Shown: positions 10,994-20,080, counted from the stretch's first letter. The stretch: 64,000 nt of DNA from Eubacteriales bacterium (GCA_045658315.1 JAZOUV010000023.1:15065-79064), one strand, 5' to 3'. A program made the numbers and translations. Notes: generated by a model from the sequence alone, not told the origin.

Positions 10994-11911
10994 TTGGCGG
11001 CAAAAAGAAAACCCGATATTCCGCAAAAGAATAACGGAAACAAAAGCAGAATAAAAAGAGCTCCCGTTACCCGTACTCCCGAACAGCCGAGAGAAGCTTT
11101 GAGACGCTCATCTTCTCCGAAAATGAATATCAACGAGCAGACTCCCTCGAAAAGACGTGCCTTAAGAGAGACCAAGAGGATCGATCCGGATTCTCCCGAG
11201 ATAAGAAGAAGTGCGAAAAAGGCTCAGGGTTATAAGATCAAAAAGAAAAAGAAGGGCATCAGCAGAGTTTTTGTCGCATATGCCGTACTGTTCGTCATTG
11301 TCTTTGCGGCTGTGGCGGGGGTGATTTCACTTGCTTTTTACACCAATTTGACGGCGACAGAGCCATCAGCCTATGACGGTCTTAGACTGAAGCTGTGTCT
11401 TGAACATGAGGCAAAGGATCTTAAAGCTGTTGTCGTCGACACCGAAAAATATGTCATCGATGGCGAATTGTACGTCAATATGACGGCTATATCCGAGAAA
11501 TTCGGTTTTATTATGACGGGTGACCGCAAGTGGCTCAGGTTTATTACCAACGAAAAAACGGGAGAAAGCGTTTGTTTTGAGACAGGCACTCCTTTTGCGG
11601 AAATAAACGGCACGGAAGTAAGGCTTAACAGTAATGTTTTAAATCTTGACGGCTCTCTGTTTGTGCCTGCTGAATTTTTCAATGAATATGTAAACGGTAT
11701 GGAAATATCCTTTGATGAAGAGGAAAATATACTGTCAATACTCCGTGATACTGCAAGAAATGAGGCGGGGCACTTTGACGAAGCGGAGATCGGTTTTAGG
11801 CTGAAGCCGGTTGAAGACAGTACTTCTATATCGGAGTTTGAGCTTTCCGAGGAAATTAAAGGGAAATGCTATTTTATTCCCTTAACGCCTGCGGTGTCTC
11901 CGCAAAGTTAA
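10994..11911 (+). CDS. membrane-anchored protein with basic N-terminal tail and copper-amine-oxidase-N-terminal-like (stalk) domain
   Basis: 305 aa. Lys/Arg/Pro-rich first ~95 aa, one TM helix (VFVAYAVLFVIVFAAVAGVISLAFY), then DGELYVNMTAISEKFGF...INGTEVRLNSNVLNLDGSLFVPAEFF, which resembles stalk domains. The TTG start is uncertain. Confidence 0.5.
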   Translation: MAAKRKPDIPQKNNGNKSRIKRAPVTRTPEQPREALRRSSSPKMNINEQTPSKRRALRETKRIDPDSPEIRRSAKKAQGYKIKKKKKGISRVFVAYAVLFVIVFAAVAGVISLAFYTNLTATEPSAYDGLRLKLCLEHEAKDLKAVVVDTEKYVIDGELYVNMTAISEKFGFIMTGDRKWLRFITNEKTGESVCFETGTPFAEINGTEVRLNSNVLNLDGSLFVPAEFFNEYVNGMEISFDEEENILSILRDTARNEAGHFDEAEIGFRLKPVEDSTSISEFELSEEIKGKCYFIPLTPAVSPQS

Positions 11912-11931
11912 ATTATTTCAGGTGATTCAAA

Positions 11932-13089
11932 ATGGAAATAAAGAACAGTAATAACAGAAACTCCTCAAATAAGCCCAGAATTTACGGAACTTATGACGTG
12001 GAAAGGGTAAAGGCTCAAACCGTACACAGCCGAGAAAACGGAACGTATGCAAACAGAGCGAGATCTGTAACCCGTTCTGCCGGGAATGCTCCCCGAAATA
12101 CAGTCAGAGCTGCTGTAGGTAAAGATGGTTACAGACGACGCAGTCCTGCGTCGTATTCACAGAAAAATGGTAGCGATAAATTTTTATGGCTTCTTATTAT
12201 TCTTGCGGTAATAATGGTAATCGGTGCATTTTGTTTTCTTGTCAGTTTTATTAAAAGTGATAAATCCGAGACGGGCGATAATGAATCAGGAGCAGAAACT
12301 ACGGTGAATACGCCGGAAGAAAGCATCGGTGAGACTACAGCACCCGAAACCAACGAGACGACAGCTCCCGAAACCGTTCCGCCTGAGCTGTCAGCCCCCA
12401 TTCCGGAGTTTAAGGCTGACCTGTCGGCGTTTGAAATGTATATGAATCCTACGGGCGAACAACGGGATGCGTATCTTATTCTTGTTAATTCGGAAAATCC
12501 TCTTTCTGCAGATTATGTGCCACCGAATCTCGTTGATGTTAAAAGTACGAGAAAAGACGGGCAGAGAAAAGCACAGCAGTTGCAAGAATATGCGGCAAAA
12601 GCCCTCGAGGCTCTTATGCTTGAGGCTGATGCCTGCGGTATGGTAAGAACGAATACCCCAAGCGGATATCCTCTGTCGGTTATGAGTGCGTACAGAACCT
12701 ATGAGTATCAGCGAGAGCTCTTTTATGACCGTTATCTTGTGAATGAAATGAACAAGGGATACAGTCGGGAAGAAGCAGAAAAGATTGTTGCCACCTATTC
12801 AAACCGTCCCGGCACAAGCGAACATCAGGCGGGGCTTTGCGTGGATATGCACACATTGACTTCGGCCGGGCAGGCTTTCAAAAACGAACCTGAGGCAAAA
12901 TGGCTTGCCGAAAACTGCCACAAATTCGGCTTTATTCTCAGATATCCCGAGGATAAAATGGAAGAAACGGGCGGTATTATGTATGAGCCATGGCATTTCA
13001 GATATGTCGGCAGATACCACGCGACAAGAATGAAAGACCTTGATATGTGTCTTGAAGAGTACGTTGAATATTTAAAAAATAACGCATAA
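11932..13089 (+). CDS. D-alanyl-D-alanine carboxypeptidase, VanY/peptidase M15B family, membrane anchored
   Basis: 385 aa. N-terminal basic tail plus TM (FLWLLIILAVIMVIGAFCFLVSFI). Catalytic motifs SEHQAGLCVDM and EPWHFRYVG. Confidence 0.85.
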   Translation: MEIKNSNNRNSSNKPRIYGTYDVERVKAQTVHSRENGTYANRARSVTRSAGNAPRNTVRAAVGKDGYRRRSPASYSQKNGSDKFLWLLIILAVIMVIGAFCFLVSFIKSDKSETGDNESGAETTVNTPEESIGETTAPETNETTAPETVPPELSAPIPEFKADLSAFEMYMNPTGEQRDAYLILVNSENPLSADYVPPNLVDVKSTRKDGQRKAQQLQEYAAKALEALMLEADACGMVRTNTPSGYPLSVMSAYRTYEYQRELFYDRYLVNEMNKGYSREEAEKIVATYSNRPGTSEHQAGLCVDMHTLTSAGQAFKNEPEAKWLAENCHKFGFILRYPEDKMEETGGIMYEPWHFRYVGRYHATRMKDLDMCLEEYVEYLKNNA

Positions 13090-13107
13090 GTATTTAGGAG
13101 GAATAGT

Positions 13108-13629
13108 ATGGATGCAATTAAGTGTCTCCTTGAAAGAAGAAGTATACGCAGTTTTACCGATAAAAAAATTGCAAGAGAGGACCTTGAAACGATAGTAAAA
13201 GCTGCATATCACGCCCCCAGTGCTATGAACAGACAGTTATGGCAGTTTACCGTTGTGCAAAATGCAGAAATTATAGAGGCACTTGCAAAGTGCTTACGTG
13301 TAAAACTGGGCAGGGATGAAGGATATTGCTTTTACAGACCCAATGCGGTAATACTCTGCTCAAACCCGAGGGACAACGCTCTCGGTGTTGAAGACTGTGC
13401 CGTGGCTATGGAAAATATATTCCTTGCCGCACATGCTCTTGGTATAGGCTCCGTTTGGATAAACCAGTTTAAGGGCGTTTGCGATGATCCCGGTGTCAGA
13501 GCCGAGCTTGATAAAATAGGCGTGCCTGCCGACCACCTTGTATACGGAATGGCAGCTCTCGGCTATGCGGCAGAAGATGCTGTTCGCAACTTTGAGAAAA
13601 ATTCCAATGTTGTAAAATGGGTAATGTAA
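13108..13629 (+). CDS. nitroreductase family protein
   Basis: 173 aa. RRSIRSFTDKKI...AYHAPSAMNRQLWQFTVV is the typical nitroreductase fold signature. AGGAGG SD 7 nt upstream. Confidence 0.85.
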   Translation: MDAIKCLLERRSIRSFTDKKIAREDLETIVKAAYHAPSAMNRQLWQFTVVQNAEIIEALAKCLRVKLGRDEGYCFYRPNAVILCSNPRDNALGVEDCAVAMENIFLAAHALGIGSVWINQFKGVCDDPGVRAELDKIGVPADHLVYGMAALGYAAEDAVRNFEKNSNVVKWVM

Positions 13630-13648
13630 GAAAATACAGTAATAAATA

Positions 13649-13689
13649 ATAGGGGCTGAGTCATTGAACTTAGCCCCTATTACTTTTTT
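13649..13689 (+). terminator. rho-independent terminator after the nitroreductase gene
   Basis: ATAGGGGCTGAG-tcattgaa-CTTAGCCCCTAT followed by TACTTTTTT. Confidence 0.8.
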
Positions 13690-13719
13690 ACCGTTGCACT
13701 TGATAGTATAACTCACCAA

Positions 13720-13758
13720 TACAATAAACGGGCTGATAGCATTAAGCTATCAGCCCGT
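13720..13758 (-). terminator. terminator after purH
   Basis: ACGGGCTGATAGC-attaa-GCTATCAGCCCGT, a 13-bp stem. The T-rich tract on the minus strand is moderate (TTATTGTATTG). Confidence 0.65.
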
Positions 13759-13772
13759 AAATCATTTATGGA

Positions 13773-15323
13773 TTAATGCTTGAAGTGTCTCTTGCCTGTG
13801 AATACCATTGCAATGCCGTACTTGTTGCATGCATCAATGGATTCTTGGTCGCGTATACTTCCGCCGGGCTGAATGATAGCTGTTATTCCGGCCTTGTGAG
13901 CCGCTTCTACGCAGTCAGCGAAGGGGAAGAATGCATCGCTTGCCATGACGCTTCCAACGACTTTTTCGCCGCCGTACTTAATTGCAAGTTCAAGTGCTGT
14001 GATTCTGTTTGTCTGACCGGGGCCAATACCTACGGTTGCACCGTTTTTTGCAAGAGTTATGCCGTTGGATTTGGTGTGTTTAACAACCTTCATAGCAAAC
14101 TTCATATCGCGGAGCTGTTCTGCCGTAGGAGACTTTTCGGTAACAACCTTAACGTCAGCATCATCATACATTTCTGTGTTGAGTTCCTGAACGAGTAGTC
14201 CGCCTGCAACCTTCTTCATATCGAACATTTCTTTTCTGTTCGGTTTTGCAATTTCGGGGAGACGGAGAACACGGAGGTTCTTCTTTGTGCAGAGAACTTG
14301 GAGAGCTTCTGCATCGTATTCGGGAGCGATAATAATTTCAAGGAAGAGTTCAGCAAGCTTCTGAGCTGTCTTGGAATCAACCTTGCGGTTGAATGCAACG
14401 ATGCCGCCGAAAATAGATACGGGGTCAGCCTCGTATGCTCTCATATATGCTTCATAAACCGATTCGCCTATACCTACGCCGCAGGGATTTGCATGCTTCA
14501 ATGCAACACAGCATATATCGTCGCCAAACTCTTTGATTGTATCAAGAGCACCGTTTGCGTCGTTAATATTATTATAGGATAGTTCTTTTCCGTTGAGCTG
14601 TTCAGCCGCAGCCAAAGTTCCCTCAAAGCCCTTGCCTACCTCGCGGTAGAATGCTGCTGCCTGATGGGGGTTTTCGCCATAACGCATTTCGCTTACCTTT
14701 TCGTAAGTAAGAGAGAGCTTTTCGGGGAAGCAGGGCATACCGCTTTCTTTTCTGAGATATCCCGAAATAAGTGTGTCGTAAGCCGCTGTATGCTCGAATA
14801 CTTTGTAAGATAATTTAAGTTTTGTATCCTTTGAAACCTCGCCGTTTGCTTCAAGTTCGCTTGTTACGGTGTCATAGTCAACGGGGTCAACGATAACTGC
14901 AACGTCCTGCCAGTTTTTTGCAGCTGCACGAAGCATTGTAGAACCGCCGATGTCGATGTTTTCAATAGCATCTTCGCGTGTAACATTGTCCTTCAAGATT
15001 GTTTCCTTGAAAGGATAGAGGTTGATAGCAACAACATCGATAGGTGTTACACCGAGTTCTTCGATCTGTTTCATGTGTTCTTCGTTGCCTCTCATAGCGA
15101 GAATACCTGCATGAATCATGGGGTGAAGAGTCTTAACACGTCCGTCGAGACATTCGGGGAACCCTGTAACATCAGAAACGTTAGTAACTGCAACGCCGTT
15201 GTCTGTCAAAGTTTTTGCAGTACCGCCTGTTGAAAGGATCTCATAGCCTAATTTTTCGAGGCGTTTTGCAAATTCAACAACGCCCGTCTTGTCTGATAAG
15301 CTTATTATAGCACGCTTTTTCAT
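13773..15323 (-). CDS. purH: bifunctional AICAR formyltransferase / IMP cyclohydrolase
   Basis: 516 aa. [37 protein letters not shown]...VKTLHP match PurH. Confidence 0.97.
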   Translation of the reverse strand: MKKRAIISLSDKTGVVEFAKRLEKLGYEILSTGGTAKTLTDNGVAVTNVSDVTGFPECLDGRVKTLHPMIHAGILAMRGNEEHMKQIEELGVTPIDVVAINLYPFKETILKDNVTREDAIENIDIGGSTMLRAAAKNWQDVAVIVDPVDYDTVTSELEANGEVSKDTKLKLSYKVFEHTAAYDTLISGYLRKESGMPCFPEKLSLTYEKVSEMRYGENPHQAAAFYREVGKGFEGTLAAAEQLNGKELSYNNINDANGALDTIKEFGDDICCVALKHANPCGVGIGESVYEAYMRAYEADPVSIFGGIVAFNRKVDSKTAQKLAELFLEIIIAPEYDAEALQVLCTKKNLRVLRLPEIAKPNRKEMFDMKKVAGGLLVQELNTEMYDDADVKVVTEKSPTAEQLRDMKFAMKVVKHTKSNGITLAKNGATVGIGPGQTNRITALELAIKYGGEKVVGSVMASDAFFPFADCVEAAHKAGITAIIQPGGSIRDQESIDACNKYGIAMVFTGKRHFKH

Positions 15324-15346
15324 GTTTTACCTCTCTTGTTTTATGG

Positions 15347-15973
15347 TTAATTTTTTATTTTTACTATATTGTTTTCAACTGTAAGTCTTTCGTTGCAAAG
15401 CAAGTCAAGAGCACGGGGAAGAATCTCCCATTCCGCATTTTCCATAACTCTTTTCTGCAACGTCTCGGGTGTGTCGTCTTCTTCTATGCAAACCGCCTTT
15501 TGCAGAATGATAGGTCCGCCGTCTGCAATCTCATTTACAAAGTGAACGGTAGCCCCCGTCACCTTAACGCCCTTAGCTAAAGCCGCCTCGTGAACATGGA
15601 GTCCGTAAAATCCCTCTCCGCAAAAGCTTGGAATAAGTGCAGGGTGTACGTTAAGTATCTTGTTTGTATATTTCTCAATGATTTTGCCGCTTAATATGTG
15701 CATAAAGCCTGCCAATACAATGATATCAATGTCGTATTCTTCAAGCTTTTCAAAGATAGCATCCGAAAAAGCCTCTCTGTCAGTCCCCTTTTTAATAACA
15801 CAGCTTTCGATTCCGTTGTTTGCGGCTCTTTCCAATGCATAAGCCTTTTCATTGCTCGAAAGAACTAAAGAGAGTTTTCCGTTAGTTATCTTGCCCGCCT
15901 TGTATGCATCAATAATTGCCTGTAGGTTTGTTCCGCCGCCCGAAACGAGAACGGCAATATTTTTTTGTTTCAT
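15347..15973 (-). CDS. purN: phosphoribosylglycinamide formyltransferase
   Basis: 208 aa. NIAVLVSGGGTNLQAIID, LAGFM and NVHPALIP motifs. Confidence 0.95.
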   Translation of the reverse strand: MKQKNIAVLVSGGGTNLQAIIDAYKAGKITNGKLSLVLSSNEKAYALERAANNGIESCVIKKGTDREAFSDAIFEKLEEYDIDIIVLAGFMHILSGKIIEKYTNKILNVHPALIPSFCGEGFYGLHVHEAALAKGVKVTGATVHFVNEIADGGPIILQKAVCIEEDDTPETLQKRVMENAEWEILPRALDLLCNERLTVENNIVKIKN

Positions 15974-15974
15974 A

Positions 15975-17363
15975 TCAGTTTTCTCCCGGCACTTTTACAG
16001 GATAGTTGCCCGTAAAGCAAGCATCGCAGAACTCAATGTTGGAGTCGCTTACTATATCCTTAAGGTCTTCTACAGCAAGGTATGCAAGGGAATCTGCACC
16101 TATCTCTTTTCTGATTTCGTCAAGTGTGAGACGGCAGGCAATGAGTTTGTCTCTTGATGCAATATCCGTGCCGAAATAGCAAGGGTTGAGAAATGGGGGA
16201 GAAGATATACGGAAATGTACTTCCGTTGCACCTGCGTGGCGGATAAGCTCGATTAGGTGTGCACAGGTCGTTCCTCTTACAATAGAGTCGTCAACAACAA
16301 CAACTCTCTTGCCCCTCAGCACCGCCGGCATAGGATTGAGCTTGAGTCTTACTAAGTTCTCTCTTTCGCCCTGACCTGTCTGAATGAATGTTCTTCCGAT
16401 GTAACGGTTTTTATTCAATCCTACACCGTAGGGAATACCCGATTCTGCGGCATATCCCAAAGCTGCGTCAAGTCCACTGTCGGGTACGCCGATTACTATA
16501 TCGGCAATATTTTTGGAATCTCTCTTTGCAAGGCATCTTCCTGCTGCCTGTCTTGCAAAATGTACGCTCTGTCCGTCGATAACGGAGTCGGGTCTTGCAA
16601 AGTAGATATGTTCAAAAATACAGCCGGTAGTTTTCTGACCGCATTTTTCTGCGTAAGATTCAACGCCGTCTTTTGTGACCGCAACAACTTCACCGGGCTG
16701 AATATCACGGATAAATTTACCGCCGATAGCATCTATCGCACAAGACTCCGAAGCAAATACAACGGCATCATTAAGCGAACCCATACAAAGAGGTCTGAAA
16801 CCCTTGGGGTCTCTTGCGGCGATAAGCTTGTTAGGTGTCATTATAACTACAGAGTATGCACCCGAAAGTCTGTCCATAATATTGATAAGTGCCTGTTCTG
16901 TAGATACTGTTTTAAGTCTTTCGCGGGATACCATATATGCAATTATTTCAGCGTCGGAGTTAGTGTGGAACATAGCCCCCGATTCTTCCAGGTTTGCACG
17001 TATCTCGTTTGCCCCTACAAGTGAGCCGTTGAAAGATATCGCTATCTGTCCTTTTGTGTATTTTGAAACGTAGGGAAGGTTGTTTTCACGTCCCTTGTTG
17101 TCGGCAGACGCATAACGCACGTGGCCTATTGCTATGTTACCCTTGAGGTAGTTGAGGATCATCTCGTTGAACACCTCGTTGAGCAATCCCTCGTCATTGT
17201 GGTTATAAATCATACCATTGTTGTTTACGGCGATACCGCAGGACTGCTGTCCTCTGTGCTGTAATGCGTAAAGTCCCGAATATGTTATCTGAGTTACATT
17301 GAGTTTCTTTGCGGGGTCGAATATACCGAATACACCGCATTCTTCATGGATCTTTCCAAACAT
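15975..17363 (-). CDS. purF: amidophosphoribosyltransferase
   Basis: 462 aa. N-terminal nucleophile context ECGVFGIF and the PRT motif VVVVDDSIVRGTT. Confidence 0.97.
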   Translation of the reverse strand: MFGKIHEECGVFGIFDPAKKLNVTQITYSGLYALQHRGQQSCGIAVNNNGMIYNHNDEGLLNEVFNEMILNYLKGNIAIGHVRYASADNKGRENNLPYVSKYTKGQIAISFNGSLVGANEIRANLEESGAMFHTNSDAEIIAYMVSRERLKTVSTEQALINIMDRLSGAYSVVIMTPNKLIAARDPKGFRPLCMGSLNDAVVFASESCAIDAIGGKFIRDIQPGEVVAVTKDGVESYAEKCGQKTTGCIFEHIYFARPDSVIDGQSVHFARQAAGRCLAKRDSKNIADIVIGVPDSGLDAALGYAAESGIPYGVGLNKNRYIGRTFIQTGQGERENLVRLKLNPMPAVLRGKRVVVVDDSIVRGTTCAHLIELIRHAGATEVHFRISSPPFLNPCYFGTDIASRDKLIACRLTLDEIRKEIGADSLAYLAVEDLKDIVSDSNIEFCDACFTGNYPVKVPGEN

Positions 17364-17399
17364 ATATTATTTTTCCTCCGAAATCTTAACCGATAAAAC

Positions 17400-17897
17400 T
17401 TATATATTTTTGATTTCTTCTTGGAGCTTTGCGTCCTTGAGTTTTACGCCTTCAGCCATTTTAACCTTTTCCGCTTCAAGCTTTTCTGCGAGTTCATCGT
17501 CTGAAAGGGCGATTATCTGTGCGGCGAGAATAGCCGCATTTGCACAGCCGTCAACTGCTACCGTTGCAACGGGTACGCCGGGAGGCATCATTATGGTAGA
17601 AAGGAGTGCGTCCATTCCGTCGAAAGATGCACTTTTTACGGGAATTCCTATAACGGGAAGTGTGGTATATGCCGCAAGTACACCGCCGAGGTGTGCCGCC
17701 ATACCTGCCGCACTGATAATAACGCCAAAACCGTTAGCCTTTGCATTTTTTGCAAAACTTGCCGCTTCGTCAGGCGTTCTGTGTGCGGAATACACGTGAG
17801 TCTCAAACGGAATACCGAAATATTTCAGCTTTTCGAGACAAATTTTTACCTTGGGGAAATCGCTGTCGCTTCCCATAATTACAGCTACTTTTTTCAT
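17400..17897 (-). CDS. purE: 5-(carboxyamino)imidazole ribonucleotide mutase
   Basis: MKKVAVIMGSDSDFP...SAHRTP...AAGMAAHLGGVLAAYTTLPVIGIPV. Start moved to ATG 17897, behind GGAGGG with 7-nt spacing. The track start at 17954 adds 19 aa with no SD. Confidence 0.93.
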   Translation of the reverse strand: MKKVAVIMGSDSDFPKVKICLEKLKYFGIPFETHVYSAHRTPDEAASFAKNAKANGFGVIISAAGMAAHLGGVLAAYTTLPVIGIPVKSASFDGMDALLSTIMMPPGVPVATVAVDGCANAAILAAQIIALSDDELAEKLEAEKVKMAEGVKLKDAKLQEEIKNI

Positions 17898-17940
17898 ATG
17901 GTTGCCCTCCTGATTTATGTAAATATTAGTTAAAACGAAA

Positions 17941-17975
17941 CACAAAAAGGACATTCTTAGGGTGAATGTCCTTTT
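17941..17975 (-). terminator. intrinsic terminator/attenuator between the leader transcript and purE
   Basis: On the minus strand, AAAAGGACATTC-accctaa-GAATGTCCTTTT followed by TGTGTTT. It sits 44 nt upstream of the purE ATG and abuts the stop codon of the small ORF. Confidence 0.8.
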
Positions 17976-18093
17976 ATTTTGCTATCGTTAAAGAGTTGCA
18001 GTTATACTGTGCAGTTTTGCCGAAATGGGTGCAACAAGGCTGTGAAGATGAGCAAATTGTGTTTGATTTGCAACAGCACATACAACGTGTCAT
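17974..18093 (-). CDS. possible 39-aa Cys-rich small ORF in the pur leader (MTRCMCCCKSNTICSSSQPCCTHFGKTAQYNCNSLTIAK)
   Basis: In-frame ATG at 18093 with GGAGG (rc of 18104-18108) 10 nt upstream, and 8 Cys in 39 aa. It lies wholly inside the promoter-to-terminator unit. It may be non-coding leader RNA instead. Confidence 0.25.
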   Translation of the reverse strand: MTRCMCCCKSNTICSSSQPCCTHFGKTAQYNCNSLTIAK

Positions 18094-18129
18094 ACCGCAT
18101 TTTCCTCCGACAAAACAAAATACACCAAT

Positions 18130-18158
18130 ATTATACATAATATAATTAAACTTGTCAA
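18130..18158 (-). promoter_or_regulatory. consensus sigma-70 promoter driving the pur leader
   Basis: On the minus strand, TTGACA (18158-18153), a 17-nt spacer, then TATAAT (18135-18130). Both hexamers are perfect. Confidence 0.8.
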
Positions 18159-18211
18159 TCGGTAATATAACATTTTTATCGTTAATACAAACATTTTTTG
18201 TCATATTTTTC

Positions 18212-18703
18212 TTATAATAAATACTTATTTGCTAGATTAATTACTTTTAATCCTTTTCTGTAGGCATAGTTTACGGTGTAAAATGTTCCCCCGAATTGTT
18301 TCTTTAAATAACACAAACAAATACTGCTTGAATTAACAAGGTGTCTGTTTCTTTTATACATACATGTGTTGTCATAGTTTTCGGATGTATAAACGATTTT
18401 GTCGCTTTTGTCTTTAATTTTTAAATATCTTTTTTTGTCTTTTTTTGACCAATATTTCGTTTGGTCTTTACATGGATAAACCATTATCAGTTTTATATGC
18501 GTTTTTTTCTTCTTTAAGCGAAGTATTTCTTCGGCGGCTATAGTATCAAAACCTACGGCACCGCCACAACCGAAATATACTATTCCGTTGTCAACCAATG
18601 AAATAAGAGTCTTTCGTATCTTTTTTCTTAACATAATCAGTTTGTGTAAAGGTATATTTCTGTGTCCGCTTATGCAACAGGTTTTTTCAATCAAAATAAT
18701 CAT
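18212..18703 (-). CDS. DUF1273 / SLOG-family protein (YpsA/YoqJ-like)
   Basis: 163 aa. CCISGHRN..., FGCGGAVGFDTIAAEEIL and GGTFYTVNYAYRKG match the DUF1273 SLOG pattern (xxTGHR, GGAxGxD, GGTxxTxxYA). Very AT-rich. Confidence 0.75.
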   Translation of the reverse strand: MIILIEKTCCISGHRNIPLHKLIMLRKKIRKTLISLVDNGIVYFGCGGAVGFDTIAAEEILRLKKKKTHIKLIMVYPCKDQTKYWSKKDKKRYLKIKDKSDKIVYTSENYDNTCMYKRNRHLVNSSSICLCYLKKQFGGTFYTVNYAYRKGLKVINLANKYLL

Positions 18704-18807
18704 TCCTTTCGTTCTGTATAGACTAACACATTATATAACGTATTAATCTATATGTAAAGTGAAAAAATAAGATACTATTTAAAAAATATATAACGAGGAA
18801 GTATCTT

Positions 18808-19011
18808 ATGATAAAGTTAAGGGTTTTGGATTTATTAAAAAAGAACGGAAAGACAAAATATTGGCTGTATAAGCAGCTTGGAATGAGTTATCAGAATTTC
18901 AACAAAATGGTAAATAATGAAACTAAATCCATTCGTTATGAAAATATTGAAACTATGTGTTTGCTTTTTAATTGTACGCCAAACGATTTATTTGAAATAA
19001 CAGAGGATTAA
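18808..19011 (+). CDS. small XRE/Cro-family helix-turn-helix transcriptional regulator
   Basis: 67 aa. LLKKNGKTKYWLYKQLGMSYQNFNKMVNNETKSIRYENIETMCLLFNCTPNDLF is a typical single HTH_XRE domain. GAGGAAG SD upstream. Divergent from the SLOG gene. Confidence 0.8.
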   Translation: MIKLRVLDLLKKNGKTKYWLYKQLGMSYQNFNKMVNNETKSIRYENIETMCLLFNCTPNDLFEITED

Positions 19012-19037
19012 AGTTTGTTAATATTTTTCTTAAACAC

Positions 19038-19065
19038 TTTACAAATGGAAAAAGATGTGTATAAT
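19038..19065 (+). promoter_or_regulatory. promoter of the cysE-cysS T-box leader
   Basis: TTTACA (19038-19043), a 16-nt spacer, then TATAAT (19060-19065). Confidence 0.65.
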
Positions 19066-19071
19066 ATAGTA

Positions 19072-19306
19072 TAAGAAAAATAATGCAGTGATCGGGAAAA
19101 TGCCGTCGGATATAGGTTATTAAAAGGGTTCAGAGAGTGCATTGCTTAGGTGTAAGATGCATACCCGCCGAGACGGAAGTGCGCCCGTGAGCAGGTGTTA
19201 ATCACACCCGTTTTGTCAGCGATAACAGACACGCAAGTTATAAACCGAAGTGGAACCGCGGAATGTGCCGCCTTTGAGTAATATCAAAGGCGGATTTTTG
19301 TTTTTT
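19072..19306 (+). promoter_or_regulatory. T-box riboswitch leader, cysteine-specific (UGC)
   Basis: AGAGAG bulge (~19131) and a distal-loop-like GGUGUAA. The T-box sequence AAGUGGAACCGCG is at 19248-19260. The terminator GCCGCCTTTGA-gtaata-TCAAAGGCGG plus T-run is at 19267-19306. UGC triplets occur at 19158 and at 19180 (context GAAG-UGC-G). cysE and cysS lie downstream. Confidence 0.8.
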
Positions 19307-19324
19307 GAAGGGAGACATTGTGTT

Positions 19325-20080
19325 ATGAAAAATTATTTTAAAAAAGATGTTTTTGATGTTATAGCAGACGTTATAACAAGCGAACCTGTCAAGGTAGCAA
19401 AGCAATATTACAAAAACAGTAAAACGGCAAAATTTGTCAATAATATTAAAAATACGGTTGCCGAAGACGTTAAGACTGTCAAGGAGAGAGACCCGGCGGC
19501 TTCGAGTACCGCAGAAGTTCTTTTGCTTTACTCGGGTCTTCACGCAGTTTGGGCACATAGGATTTCGCATAAGCTCTATAAGAATAACCACAAATTTTCT
19601 GCCCGTCTTATAAGTCAGGGGGCAAAGGCGATAACCGGTATCGAAATCCACCCCGGTGCGACTATTGGTAAGAATTTGTTTATCGACCATGGCTCGGGCG
19701 TTGTTATCGGCGAAACTGCCGAGATCGGCGATAACTGCACACTCTATCAAGGAGTAACCCTCGGCGGTACGGGTAAAGATACCGGAAAAAGACATCCAAC
19801 GTTAGGTGATAATGTTATGGTGGGTGCGGGGGCAAGAGTGCTTGGACCTTTCAAAGTAGGCGACGGTACTAAGATTGCCGCTAACGCAGTTGTTTTGACC
19901 GAGGTACCCGAAAACTGCACTGCTGTGGGAATACCCGCGAAAATTGTTAAACGCAACAACGTCAGGGTGTCTGATGACCTCGACCATATTCACGTGCCCG
20001 ACCCTGTTGCTCAGCGTATGGCTGAACTTGAAGCAAGAATTAAAGAGCTTGAAGATAAGACAAATTCTCAAAAACTTTAA
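19325..20080 (+). CDS. cysE: serine O-acetyltransferase
   Basis: Hexapeptide-repeat core [44 protein letters not shown]. Start set at ATG 19325, downstream of the T-box terminator. The track start at 19250 would lie inside the terminator. Confidence 0.9.
   Translation: MKNYFKKDVFDVIADVITSEPVKVAKQYYKNSKTAKFVNNIKNTVAEDVKTVKERDPAASSTAEVLLLYSGLHAVWAHRISHKLYKNNHKFSARLISQGAKAITGIEIHPGATIGKNLFIDHGSGVVIGETAEIGDNCTLYQGVTLGGTGKDTGKRHPTLGDNVMVGAGARVLGPFKVGDGTKIAANAVVLTEVPENCTAVGIPAKIVKRNNVRVSDDLDHIHVPDPVAQRMAELEARIKELEDKTNSQKL

Noticed and set aside
10936-11175. 79-aa minus-strand ORF in and opposite the 5' end of the gene at 10994-11911.
   Set aside because: It overlaps the start region of a better-supported plus-strand gene, has no SD, and its hydrophobic, low-complexity translation matches nothing I recognise.
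17898-17954. Longer N-terminal extensions given by the ORF track for purE (17954), cysE (19250), the lipoprotein (21615), the P-II-like gene (31100), aconitase (41997), the C26 hydrolase (49731) and gdhA (63945).
   Set aside because: In each case an internal ATG has a proper GGAGG-type SD at 5-10 nt and matches the conserved family N-terminus. The extension lacks an SD, or overlaps a terminator, T-box or upstream gene.
17898-18125. Purine (guanine/adenine), ZTP or PRPP riboswitch upstream of purE.
   Set aside because: I could not find the conserved junction sequences: U-rich J1/2 with the ...CCGUAAAU... core for purine, or GGGUCGUGAC...CCGCCUGGGC for ZTP. The leader is reported as unclassified instead.
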